Source: Octopus vulgaris (taxonomy: Eukaryota). Taken from it: 64,000 nucleotides of DNA. Shown here in pieces: positions 40,787-53,333 of this stretch. Under the pieces are notes generated by a model. It did not search any database. It was not told the origin of the DNA and saw only the letters and a program-made list of their open reading frames with translations. The DNA lies in contig OX597814.1 of the NCBI GenBank assembly GCA_951406725.2, positions 145,390,001 to 145,454,000 on the forward strand. The letters are read 5' to 3'. Made by a program: the position numbers and the translations under genes. How positions within the stretch are numbered: the stretch's first letter is position 1; the number at the start of each line of letters is the position of its first letter.

Positions 40787-41424
40787 TAACATGCAGAAAT
40801 AGTAATTACTCTAAATTATCAATTGTCCTTAGACAAACACACTAACTTTACTTAATTCTGTCGAATTACATTCTGAGTTGGAAACATACCAGTGTAACCT
40901 TTCTAGAATGAATATAAAACATATTTTGATTTCAAATAAATTAGTTATACCCTTCAAACTTCAAGAGTGAATAAATTAAATACTGCATTAGTGCTTAGTT
41001 AGCTTTCTACCCCAATATGCCCGGCCTCATGCTAACGTTATTAATGCTGCATCCAGTTTTATTAATAGAGGTTTCATTGAACTGTTGATATGTCACTGAA
41101 AAGGAAATATCGTAATCAGTTTTATTAAACATTTAAACTACAAAGACATCTCTAGCTTATCACGTAATAATATAGTGGTAGTATTTGACGAGTTCTTGAG
41201 TATACTACCAAGCAATTTCCGAGAGTTCTCGCTATTGTTTACGTCAGCAAGACTGTGTTGGTTACTTTAAGCTGGTGCACAAAGCATCCGGATATTCTTT
41301 TTGTTCCATATTTTCTATACTAATTCCTTAAATAACATACCCATATTTTATGACACATTTCACTCCCGCCACAGATGTGTTAATTAGATTATGGCCTATA
41401 GGCTTAAGGACTATAATACTATGT

Positions 41425-41548
<124 letters not shown>

Positions 41549-41830
41549 CATGTATGTATATAGATATATACACATATATAAAAACGCATTTAGTCGATCT
41601 TAGCGTCTTTACGTCTCTGTAATTTGGCGGTTTGGCAAAAGTGACCGATAGAAGAGGCACAAAGAATAAGCTCGGGGTCGATTTCTTCAACTAAAACTCT
41701 TTAATGCGGTGTTCCAGAGTGGGTGCATTCAAATGACGGAAACGTTTTAAAGAATAAAAGCATAAAAGAATATGTATATATAAAATCTATATTAAATCTC
41801 TGAGTGAGAGGTAAACAGTAACAGTACGGA

Positions 41831-42102
41831 ATCGTAAAATATATTTGCCAACTAAATGTGGCGGTTTATAGGGACGATGTTTCTGTTGTTTCTAGCCCCA
41901 GGAAGACATCCCCTCCTGTTGGCTAACGACACTCTATCTGTGTTCGATTAGTATTTGCGATGACCTCCCCTCGTAAATATTCATCGGAAACAGACAGTAT
42001 GTCGTTAACTAGCTGGAGGAAACGTCTTCCTGGGGCTAAAACGACCAGTAACATTGTCCTCTATGGGACCGCCACATTTAGTTGGGAAATATATTTTAGG
42101 AT
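41831..42102. mobile_element. 272-bp almost fully palindromic fold-back element
   Basis: Arms pair along their length (CCAACTAAATGTGGCGGT / ACCGCCACATTTAGTTGG; TAGCCCCAGGAAGAC / GTCTTCCTGGGGCTA); centre near 41965. Confidence 0.85.
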
Positions 42103-42112
42103 ATAATGTATT

Positions 42113-42161
<49 letters not shown>

Positions 42162-42163
<2 letters not shown>

Positions 42164-42400
42164 GTGGCGGCCAAAATGTTCAGAACGGCATTGTTTTCGT
42201 CAGAAAAGTAGAAATACTTTTTTATCAAAGTTGTTTTCTATTCTATAATGTTCACAGACACTACATACGATATTATTTGTTATTGCCTGAGATTTTGGTG
42301 TAATTTGAGAGGATAATACAAAGGTTATGGATGATTTAGTGATTTACTGCAAAACCCATGGCGGACAAAATGATCAGAACGGTTGAAAAAATAACAAAAT
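42162..42400 (+). mobile_element. Tc1-like transposon end fragment
   Basis: CAGTGGCGGCCAAAATGTTCAGAACGG after (TA)n, with an internal direct repeat of this motif near 42357. Confidence 0.5.
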
Positions 42401-42409
42401 AATCAACAT

Positions 42410-42474
42410 AATCAAAAACCGCGATCCTACGACCGCGAGTCCGCTGCCCTAACCACTGGGCCATTACGCCTCCA
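42410..42474 (-). mobile_element. SINE family B head
   Basis: Reverse complement of 10353-10415. Confidence 0.85.
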
Positions 42475-43061
42475 CACTCACACACACACACATACACACA
42501 TACACACACACACACATATATGTTTGTGTATATAATGTACGTGAGTATATCTGTAGGTGTGTGTTTGGCTGTGTATACTTAGACACTCGTTCACATATAA
42601 ATATATCAGCATATACTGAGAATAACTTAAAATCCGATTACTCTGGACGTGAAAATAAATTATCGCGTAGTCATAAAGATAATGCTACTTGTAATAATAA
42701 GCAATTCACAAGACAACTTAAAAGTATGATTATAAGTAAGTGGATTTTATCCATCTTACCAATAAATCAGAAGATGTATCGCGACATAAGAACTCATAAA
42801 TATAATCAACAGGCGAAGTGATAAAAGCAGAATCTTGAGCTACAATAGCTCTAACACTAGTTAAATAACCACCAATATCTTCATTCAATCCACCTCTTTA
42901 GCAAACTAACGTAGAGAACTTTCTACTTTACATTATGTTATCGCAAATTTGAATGTTGTAGTATCTGTTTAGCCTCGTGAGTGACCTGATGGATCAGATT
43001 TACGTTCAAAAGCTCTCCAGCTGCCATTATTCGGTTCGATATTTTAGTCAACCTAGAAGTA

Positions 43062-43597
43062 CAGGGTGGACCAAAATGATCTGACACATTCTCAAAATAA
43101 GAAATAATGAAAAGAAAAATTTTATTTTCTGAATGTACATATAATGCCATTTTATTTCATTAAGTTTTAAAAATTAAATCAGCTAAATGCTTCCCATCAT
43201 TGTCAACACACTGTTGGAGATGTTCATGAAAGTTATCGATATCTCTATGGATCATTTCTTCTGGAATGGTGAAATGTGATTTCTTCTTGTGGGGATATTT
43301 ATAATAAAAGAATCCAGTCATCGCCCTCGATCTATTGATGAATTAAAACGTGCAATTTATGTAGAAATAGCAACCATTCTAGAAGAAGTGATCCATAGAG
43401 TTATCGATAACTTTCATGAACGTCTCCATCAGTGTGTTGACAATGATGGGAAGCATTTAGCTGATTTAATTTTTAAAACTTAATGAAATAAAATGGCATT
43501 ATATGTACATTCAGAAATTAAAAAATTTCATTTCATTATTTCTTATTTTGCGCTTTTATTAAGCCTCCGAATGTGTCAGATCATTTTGGTCCACCTG
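43062..43597. mobile_element. Tc1/mariner-superfamily non-autonomous element made of two inverted 3' ends
   Basis: TIR CAGGGTGGACCAAAATGATCTGACAC; 43062-43270 is the inverse of 43372-43597; transposase tail CDFFLWGYL..PRSIDELKRAI..NFHERLHQCVDNDGKHL. Confidence 0.9.
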
Positions 43598-44919
43598 GAA
43601 TATTATCATTATTCAAAGTCATCCCCACCTCTTTTTTTTTAAGAAGATGGAATTTAATTTGATAAAATTTTATTACTACTTCTAGTAAATCATTTTACTA
43701 CAGTTATTTTCCCATGTCATCTCGATTTGAATGTATGCTGTGCTAAATCCGTGCACTGTGTTGTTTACGGTAAACAATTGAATTCACATCACCACCACTA
43801 AATAGAGGAAGGTTCTATATAATCAGTCAACTTGCTCGAAGTAGAAGCTAAGTCCCTCTAATCACATTTCTCGATCCCAGCAAATTGCAACTTTTGGAAA
43901 CTGCTCCAAATACCACAATCCTGTATTAATTCATTGAAAGAAGTTCTCATGTGGTTCTGCTACTAACACTCTCACAGTGAGTTTTTCTGCCCTGCACTAT
44001 CTATCTAAATTTTTTTCTGTCTCTTCGCTCACGAAGTGTTCTGAAAGTGCAATGTACTCTTGAAGGGTCATAAGCATTTGTAAATCCATGCTGACTCCTT
44101 CTGATCACTTGTTCTTAGTTACTTCTGCGTTTACCACACGCCCCTATTGAACACCAAAGGACAGCGAAACAGGATTTAGTGTCACTGCCATAACCACAAC
44201 ATTTGATGACCCTGGATCATTTATTGAGGTAAAAGTTTATGGGAATGTTTCATTCACGTTTTTGAAGGTCAGGCTGATAGCACGGAGTGTTTTATATTAG
44301 TTGCTTGATAAAATACTGATGCACATGCCGGCTTTAGCCTTCTTTAATTGATAACTAATGGGCTTAGAGAAAGCCATGTACACCCTCTCGAAGAAAAAGT
44401 TTCTGGTGAAATAATTCTTCCACGTTTTATAGACGGAATTATACTTTTATGAAAAATTTCCTTGTTGGGCACGTTTTGATTAGTTCATTTTATTTATCTC
44501 TTTAATTTAATTATTTATTCATTTCTTTATTTTTTTCTTTATTTTCTTTCTAAAAATTCATTGTTTTCTAACAAAGTATACGTGTGCTGCAGCAAAACAG
44601 GTTTGTTTACAGATTCATACGTTGTCTACGTTTGAAGATGTTTTTCTTTTAGAGAGGTTAGCATTTTGCTTTTTAGTTTTGAGATTGCGTTCAGTACCAA
44701 ACTAACTGCAGCTAGTTTGTTTTGCCTATAAAATGAAATAAAAGATAATTTTAAAACTTCTTACTCTCCCTTGTAAATATGTTCACGCGACACGACACGC
44801 AGACTTAAAAAATCGAATTCATTGAAAAATTTTTAATACATAAACGACAAAGAAAAGTACACGAAGAAACGTTATATCACAGTAAGAAAACAACACCAAA
44901 AAGCAATGATGTTGTTAAT

Positions 44920-45355
44920 AATGGTTTCTGATTTAGGCACAAGTCAGGCGATTTAGAGATGATTACATGTCAATATCATCAAGCTCAGTACTTGATTGGT
45001 ACTTTATTTTATTGATTCCACATAAATGAAAGGCAAAGGTAACCTCGGCGGGATTTGAACTCAGATCATAACGAACCAGAAGAAACCTTTTAACCATTTT
45101 GTCCGACGTGCCAAAGATTCTGCTATTTCCCTTTATGATGATTTTTCTGGTATATGCACTGGGCCTACACTTTGAGGGGAGACAGCTAGTCGGTTACATT
45201 GATCCCAATACTCGACCAGTACTCGTTTTATGGAACCGGAAAAGATAAAAGATTAGGTCCTCTTCGGTGGAATTTGAACTCAGGACGTAAATCCAGAAGA
45301 AATGATGTCAGGGATTGTGTCCGGCGGGCTAACGATTATACTAACTCCCACCACT
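44920..45355 (-). mobile_element. Old SINE family D dimer
   Basis: Two CTCGGCGG.ATTTGAACTCAG-type units. Confidence 0.75.
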
Positions 45356-45474
45356 AATGATGATAACAATAATGATGATAACAATATGAGTATAAAAAGG
45401 ATAATGATAAACAGCTGATAAAATGTCTTGAACAAAAGCTATCATAAGATTTCCGAAAATAATTACAGGAAAAG

Positions 45475-45518
<44 letters not shown>

Positions 45519-45981
45519 GTAGTAGTAGTAGTAGTAGTTGTAGTAGTTAGACAAACAACATCCAGTCACAAAACAATCAGCGACTTTCTGCGGTTTCTTC
45601 TCTCACAGACACGGCGAAATTTACGCGCACAGACAAACCAATACTCCCATGTGTATGACTTACACATACATCACACAGAAACGAACATATTGGATAATAA
45701 ACTCATTGGCAGAATCTACTGCAGTTATTCACAATCAAGCGAAATAGACATGTTTTCACAATGTCGACACATACAATCATAAAAAAACGACGAATATAGT
45801 TGTTTGTGCGTATGTAACGTTTGTGAAAAACTGTAGCTATTATCAGATAACATAAAAGGGTTTGGTTCTCCTATCTTTTATATTATTTTTTTTTTCACAA
45901 AGGCAGACACAATACAAAGACAGACAAACACGCACGAATTTTAGTAAACAAGCCTAGAATTTTTGCTAACAGTTATGTGTC

Positions 45982-46060
<79 letters not shown>

Positions 46061-46312
46061 AAAGTGCAGTGATGGATTGATCGGCCGAGTTTTAATTAAA
46101 TTTATAATACTACACAGGAATGATGCTGGCAATAAAATCATGCCTGGGACTTATCTTCTTAATTCTGGATGGATAAAGCTTGAAGTCGAACACGGTGAAA
46201 TTTTACGCTCAGATTTGAAAGGGATGTAACAAAATTCCATATTAATATACGTTCACTCTACCGATTCGGTGAGCCATATGTCTCATTATTAAATACTCCA
46301 CACTCCGCCGTT

Positions 46313-46634
46313 GACGACGACGACGACGACGACAACGTGGGTTCCAGTTGATCGGATCAACGGAACAGCCTGCTCGTGAAATTAACGTGCGTGTGGCTGA
46401 GCACTTTACAGACACGCGTACACTTAACGTAGTTCTCAGGGAGACTCAACGTGACATAGAATGTGACAAGGTTGGTCCTTTCAATTACACATACAACTCA
46501 TTTCTACAGCTGAGTGAACTGGAACAACGTGAAATAAAGTGTCTTGCTCAAGGACACAACGAACTACCAGCAATAGTACTCAGGATCTTACGATCGAAAG
46601 CCGAATAACTTGACCACTATGTCACGAGTCTCTC
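46313..46634 (-). mobile_element. SINE family C with (GTC)n tail
   Basis: CAGCTGAGTGAACTGGAACAACGTGAAATAAAGTGTCTTGCTCAAGG core; tRNA-like head near 46560-46634. Confidence 0.75.
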
Positions 46635-47631
46635 ATTAAACAAATAGAAGGAAATCATTTACTTTTAATGCGCATGCAGCGCTGTGTGGTTAACGATTTC
46701 ACACCACAACTACGTTGCTTCGGGTTCGATGCCAGTGAGCAGAATCTTGTGAAAGTGTTTAAAATATAGAGTTGGGTTGATGAATACATTTGCGAGTGTA
46801 TTTCGGTGGAGAAAAACACTGCGTAGAGCCGTCAGAGCAGGCGTTCCACATCTTGGGTGATGGGTTGACTTATTCCTTTGACCGATTTAGCTCCAATACT
46901 TATTTCTTGGGTACTATTAGTAAAATTCATTCAGATATACGTAATTTGGCTAGGTCTCCTTCCTTTTCCTTCGTTCGTCCATTCATTCGTTCCACCTTCC
47001 TTAATTCCACCACTTTCGGCGGTCTACAGGAGAGAATGAGATCAACTCGTACTCATCTTAAGACATTTATTAAGAGAACAATGAGAGGGAAAATAACATT
47101 TTTAAAACTGAAAGCCAAACTGTCAAAAATATTTCTGGTAATTTTTAATATTGTAAATTTTTCATCGGAACTAAATAGGATTAAACCATATAAAAATTAA
47201 ATAGGTTCGTTTTGCATTATTTATTTAACATTTGTTAGATCTTCATTTACAAACATAAGGTAAAATGTTGTTGTTTAGCTTCGAGACGGCAATAATCAAG
47301 AAAGACTATAAATAAACATGTCACAACTGCGACCAATCTGTCTTTGCTATATCTTACAGTATTTGAAGGCGGCGTGTTGACAGAATCGTTAGCAGGCCAG
47401 ACAAAATAATTAGCGCCATTTTGTTCGTTTTTACGCTCAAAGTTCAAATTCTAACGAGGTCGACTTTGCATCTTATTCTTTGGGGCTCGGTAAATGTCAT
47501 TCACAGTATTGATAGAAATGCCACTAGATCAACCTCAGGAACTCCTCAGTACCCATCGAGTATATCACAAATGAGAGAAACAGAAAATGGAGCTAGGTAC
47601 CTTTTGATAATTGAGTGAGGTACCTTTTGAA

Positions 47632-47676
47632 GGTCACCTGACGAGACACGTCTACACGAAAGGATGCCTCATAACT
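47632..47676 (+). ncRNA. Hammerhead ribozyme relic, core intact
   Basis: GGTCAC-CTGACGA-GACACGTCTACAC-GAAA-GG atg CC-TC-ATAACT; stems I and II eroded. Confidence 0.4.
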
Positions 47677-47820
47677 AGTTGTAAATTATCTCATACGCGA
47701 GAGATCGATGCAAGAAGATTGTTGTGAATAGGAAAGAATCTCGTGAATATCATTTCCTGATTCTCCAATTTGTTATATATGTATATATCTATATGTGTGT
47801 GCATATGTGTAGATGTCTGC

Positions 47821-47884
<64 letters not shown>

Positions 47885-48199
47885 TGTGTTGATGCCTCCA
47901 GACGATGAAGTAGGCTAGCCCAATACGTAGATATAGTGAGAAGCCTAGATGTCAGAGTTCAGACTAGCACAGTTGAGTAGCAGTCGGAGTAGAGTGAGGT
48001 TTAATAGCAGTCGAAGAGAGCAGAAGTAGAGACGAGCAGATTTAAGTAGAAGGCATCGGAACGTGCAACATAACAATATGTGTGTGTGTATGTGTGTGCG
48101 TGTGTGCTCGCCTGGCGTGCGTGTGTGGATATGTATATACATAAATGTGTGTTACTATATATACAAGCCCATGTACACGTATACATGTGTGTGTGTGTG

Positions 48200-48600
48200 T
48201 GGCTACGTATTAAGAAGCTTGCTTCTCAACATCATAGTTCGGCGTTCAGTTAGGCAAGTGCTTTCTAATATAACTCTGGGATAACCTGAGCCTTATGAGT
48301 GGTCTAGGTAGATAGAAGCGGCATAATCCCATCGTATATATATGCATACATACATACGTATGTATATATACATATGTATATACATATATACTTATGAGTG
48401 TGTCCTTGCGGTGTGTTTGTACCCCACTCCACTGCTTGACATCATGTCCATAACTTACCGGTTCAGCATTTAGCGAACGATAGAATAAATACCAGATTTA
48501 GAAAAAATTGGTACTAGGTTTGATTTGCTCGACTAACCACTTCAAGGTGGTGCTCTAATATTGCCGCAGTCTGATGACTTAAACAGGGAAAACGATGAAA
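48200..48600 (+). mobile_element. SINE family A, decayed
   Basis: Head AAGAAGCTTGCTTCTCAAC, 3' CGATAGAATAAATACCAG..GCTCGACTAA. Confidence 0.75.
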
Positions 48601-48731
48601 TTCAATGGAATTTCAATATCAACAGGGTATTTCTGCGTGCATCTGTGTATATGTGCAGTATTTAGAGTAGGTATGTACCTATACATGCATGTATGTATGT
48701 ACGTACACTAAACACACACACACACACACAT

Positions 48732-48771
<40 letters not shown>

Positions 48772-48864
48772 GCATGTACGCATGAGTGTATGTGTAAATA
48801 TATATGTGTGTGTGTGTGTATGGATGTGTGTGTGTATTTGTTTGTACATTTATGTGTATTTATG

Positions 48865-48900
<36 letters not shown>

Positions 48901-48905
<5 letters not shown>

Positions 48906-49026
48906 TAATAAATAAAATATATGCATACATACATACATATATGTACGTACCTACATCTACATGTATATATACATGCATAGGTACGTACATATATGTATGT
49001 ATGCATATATTTTATTTATTACACTA
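48901..49026. repeat. Fold-back of the 3' end of the 7317-7590 family
   Basis: Arms 48901-48952 / 48979-49026; identical third arm at 50057-50108. Confidence 0.85.
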
Positions 49027-49097
49027 CTGTATGACTGAGCGCCTTCGCGTCGTTTCGTTTCCTCCAAGTAAGTTTTTATATATAAATATATATATAT

Positions 49098-49151
<54 letters not shown>

Positions 49152-49755
49152 GTGTGTGTGTGCTGTATCTGAATATGCGGGAGTATTTTATTTTGTGTGT
49201 ACACATTTAAAGCCGAAGGAATTTCTCTTAAAACGAATAGTTGTTATACACGAACGAATCATTGCAACAAAAATTAATGACGTTGTCATAGAAGTTACAG
49301 TTAATCAAACCACTATTTCCTTAATAAATGCATTTCAATGCTACACTATATATTTATAACTTCTTTGTTCGTTTATTCCTGTAGCGAGGAACTGTGTTAA
49401 ATTTTGCGTATCGTACAGGATCAACCCTCTATAATTAAATATGTTTGTATGTGAACTAGTGCGCATGGGTGTATATGTGTTTGTGTATGTGTTTGTGTGT
49501 GTGTGTGTGTGTGGATCATTATGTGTGTATCAACGATCATTCATGAACTAACATCTCAGATTCTATTATAAACAAAATTAAACGGCGCAAGATTACAAGT
49601 AAACACTTTTAGATTTAAAATTACAGCTACCCTACAGGGACGATCAAGTGTCACAGTTTAGGAGAAACAAGCTATCATGCACACCATTATTAGACGTGTT
49701 TTCCCCCTCTCACTCCGAAGCATGTACACATACGAACGCAAATTTTAGCAGTATA

Positions 49756-49837
<82 letters not shown>

Positions 49838-50002
49838 TCTGTATGCATAAATTCTGTGAAGTGCTGTATAGATTTTAAATAAAAAAGAAGGTAATCAGGA
49901 TTTGATAAAACTATCTGGCTTTTCCTTATCTCGCTTTATCTATCTTTGTCTCTGTCTGTCTATCTGTCTGTCTCTCTGTCTATATTTATTTATATATATC
50001 TT

Positions 50003-50061
<59 letters not shown>

Positions 50062-50230
50062 TAATAAATAAAATATATGCATACATACATACATATATGT
50101 ACGTACCTTTCACTCTCTCTCTCTCTCACTGACTCACTCATACTAGATTTTAGATACTAACTCTTTTTATATATATCCATTTTTGTTTTTTGTTATTGTG
50201 TTTCTCTCCTGCTTCTTACGGCTAGTGATA

Positions 50231-50465
50231 CAGTGATCCCTCGCGATATCGCGGTTCACCTATCACGGTTCACCTATCGCAGTTTATTATTTAAGCTTAC
50301 AGCGATTCCTCTGTGGTGCTGTTTTGCATTTAAAATAACATAAATATATGCAAATTATAAAAATGATAAACACGCATACTGTATAGTACTGTTTCTACTT
50401 CGTAGACTTTCACCTATCGCGGGGGTTTGGGAACGTAACACCTGCGATAGTCGAAGGAATTACTG
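50231..50465. mobile_element. Tigger/pogo-type MITE
   Basis: TA-CAGTGATCCCTCGC.ATATCGC ... GCGATAGTCGAAGGAATTACTG-TA. Confidence 0.85.
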
Positions 50466-50556
50466 TACTTAGAATATATAAAATCACACGTAAATTGTCT
50501 TTTATGTAATGTATTTCTAGTTATTTATAGAAAGTTACATTAAGGGCATATGTAAA

Positions 50557-50557
<1 letters not shown>

Positions 50558-50634
<77 letters not shown>

Positions 50635-50702
50635 GCTATCTATCTATCTATCTATCTAGCTAGCTGTCTGTCTGTCTGTAAGCCTGCCTCTCTGTCTGTC
50701 TG
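50558..50702. repeat. (TCTA)n/(TCTG)n microsatellite
   Basis: Tetranucleotide tract. Confidence 0.95.
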
Positions 50703-51097
50703 TACTCAAAATTATCTAACTCTACAAATTTTGGAGAGTAGCTATTGTCCTTCAAACATTATACTCCACTTCTTATGTATTTGTATGTTTTCAACGGTCA
50801 ACTTTTCCAGAGATGTATAAATACGTTCCCAAATAAACTTGTACTTCAATTTAAAAGCTCCAAGAAAGCTATAAAGCCATGCACAAGTACCCGACTCAGA
50901 GTGCACTGTATTGCATAGCATAGCAGAAACAGCTGTAAGCTAATGAAGATCATTGCATAATTTCCTGTTTCCTTCTCACTTAGTGAATTTCATATTACGT
51001 TCTGTACTCGACTAATGCTTCATAAGGAAGCATATGTATACTGAGTTCTAACGCTCGTGTTATTAGTATCTGTATGTCTAATCGAAATGTGTATATA

Positions 51098-52336
51098 TGA
51101 GGGTCGGATGAAAAGTTCATAGGAAGGAGTGATACTAGGTGTGAAATCTTGCAGGTATTAATTCCAAATATTCTTATTAATAACTACATTGTTCCTGTAC
51201 AAGTAAACTCACATCTGACTACTCAAAGACTTCAAATGTAACTAGTAGCAACCTCTCTTGAAAATTGACAAAATTCGGCCCCGTGGTGTTATCAAATATC
51301 TGCAGAAAAAGACATTCATGCTGACATGGTTCATACATTTGTGGATGCCGGCCCAGCTTTATGAACAGTGCAAAAATGGGCAGTTGTATTAAGGTGGAAA
51401 ACAGAGATTATTGAAGATCACCCAAGGTCTGGATGTCTTGCAACTGCCACCACCGAGGAAAATATTGATCATGTTCACTACATGGTGACTGGCTATAAAT
51501 CAAATAAGAAATGCTCTTAGCATATCCCGTGAGAGGGTTGAGAATATTTTGCACAACGTGGAATCACGGAGATATCTTCTCCGTGGGTGCCATCTTTTCT
51601 GATACTTGATCAAAAACAAACCTGGCTGATCACATCAAGGGGAAATCTGATATTGTTTCATGCAGATCCAGGTGGTTTCCTAGAATGTTTCCTTACCCAG
51701 GATGAGAGTTGGGTTCATTACATTGAGCCAGAGCCAGAGACAATCCATGCAGTGAAAACACCTCTCTTCACCTGCTTCAAAGTAGGACAAGGCCATTTCT
51801 TCTATATTAACGTTGATAACCTAAGTTTTTTGGAATGCAAAATGTATTGTGTTTATTGACTATCTTCAAAAGGGCCACGCCATCAATGGAGTATGAAGTC
51901 AACTTGCTGAGACAGTTACTAAAAGTTATCAAAATCAAATGCCCAAGACAACTGACGAGGGGGCTCTCGTTTCACCAGGGCAAAGCTCCAGACCACAAGA
52001 CCTTAGTTTTAATGGGTGCTGTGCGTAACAGTGGCTTTGAACTGGTTGGGTAACCTCCCTATTCTCCTGATTTGGTCCTGTCTGATTTTAATTTGTAACC
52101 GAACATGAAAGTCATTTGACTGGGAACCGGTATTGCACTGTTAATGACGTCATATCTGCTGTTGGTGACTTCTTTGAGCTACAGGATGAAAGCAGCTTCA
52201 CCGAAGGGAACCAATCACTGCAACACAAATGGAAGAAATGTTCTTGGGCGCAAGGGGGATTATGTTGAAAAATAAATCACATTTGGTCACATTCTATGAG
52301 AGTATCTTGGTCAGCCTATGAACTTTTTGACCATTG
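51098..52336 (+). mobile_element. Decayed full-length mariner transposon
   Basis: TIRs GAGGGTCGGATGAAAAGTTCATAGG / CCTATGAACTTTTTGACCATTG with TA flanks; motifs WVP (51584-51592), TQDESWVHY, FHQGKAPDH, PPYSPDL (52054-52074); many stops and frameshifts. Confidence 0.92.
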
Positions 52337-53014
52337 TATGTATTTAAACGCAGAAATATAATCATGCATATGAGTATATGAGTGTGTATACATACATACA
52401 TACATACATACATACATGCATACATACATACATACATACATACATACATACATACATACATACATACATACATACATACATACATGCACACACACTTATA
52501 CACACATATTCATACATAAAACCGCCAAGAGAGTCGCATATGAATAAAATGCTGAGCTTTTTATGTCGTATATATTTCCTACGTATGCGTGAGAATGATC
52601 TCCCCTGTAGATCCTTTTTATACAAATATGAGAATAAAGCATCTTATGTTCGCCTGAATATAGACATGCATTTCTACTTGATATTCGCGTGCGCATGCAC
52701 GTGAATACGTGAAAGCTAGAAGAGTGTTAGCTTTTGCATGTATCACTGAAGATATAGATTTCATCCTGTCTTCTTATTTACCACCTATATCCTCTAGGCA
52801 CGCATGCTTCTGGTTTTTCGTTCTGATATACACTTATGATTGCTTGTTTCTTTATGTGAATTATATTTCTTCATACCATTTATTTTACACACGTTCATAC
52901 CCACATATGCGTATGTACACAACCCCATTCACAGGTACCACATATACATACCACACAGCCCCATACCCACGCCACATATTTAGACATATGTATATATTTT
53001 TGCATGTGTTTATA

Positions 53015-53059
<45 letters not shown>

Positions 53060-53207
53060 GGAGCAAAAACCCAATAGAGGACATAAAACTCTCTGACATA
53101 TACACGATACAATCAATGGCGGACAAGAGAAACAACAATTAGAAGGACAGACAAAAAAAAAAAAACAGACGGGTCATTCCTGACTTTCTTTCCTCACTCA
53201 AATTCCA

Positions 53208-53210
<3 letters not shown>
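53060..53210 (-). mobile_element. Copy of the 16258-16420 family between (TA)n tracts
   Basis: AATAGAGGACA..GCGGACAAGAGAAACAA..GACGGGTCATTC..TTTCCTCA is the reverse complement of 16.3 kb. Confidence 0.75.
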
Positions 53211-53246
<36 letters not shown>

Positions 53247-53280
53247 CATGTAAACCTATATATACATACATACACACATG

Positions 53281-53333
<53 letters not shown>

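Noticed and set aside
44300-44420. Helitron/PIF1 helicase motif echo (VYMAFSK)
   Set aside because: Single short motif with no supporting frame
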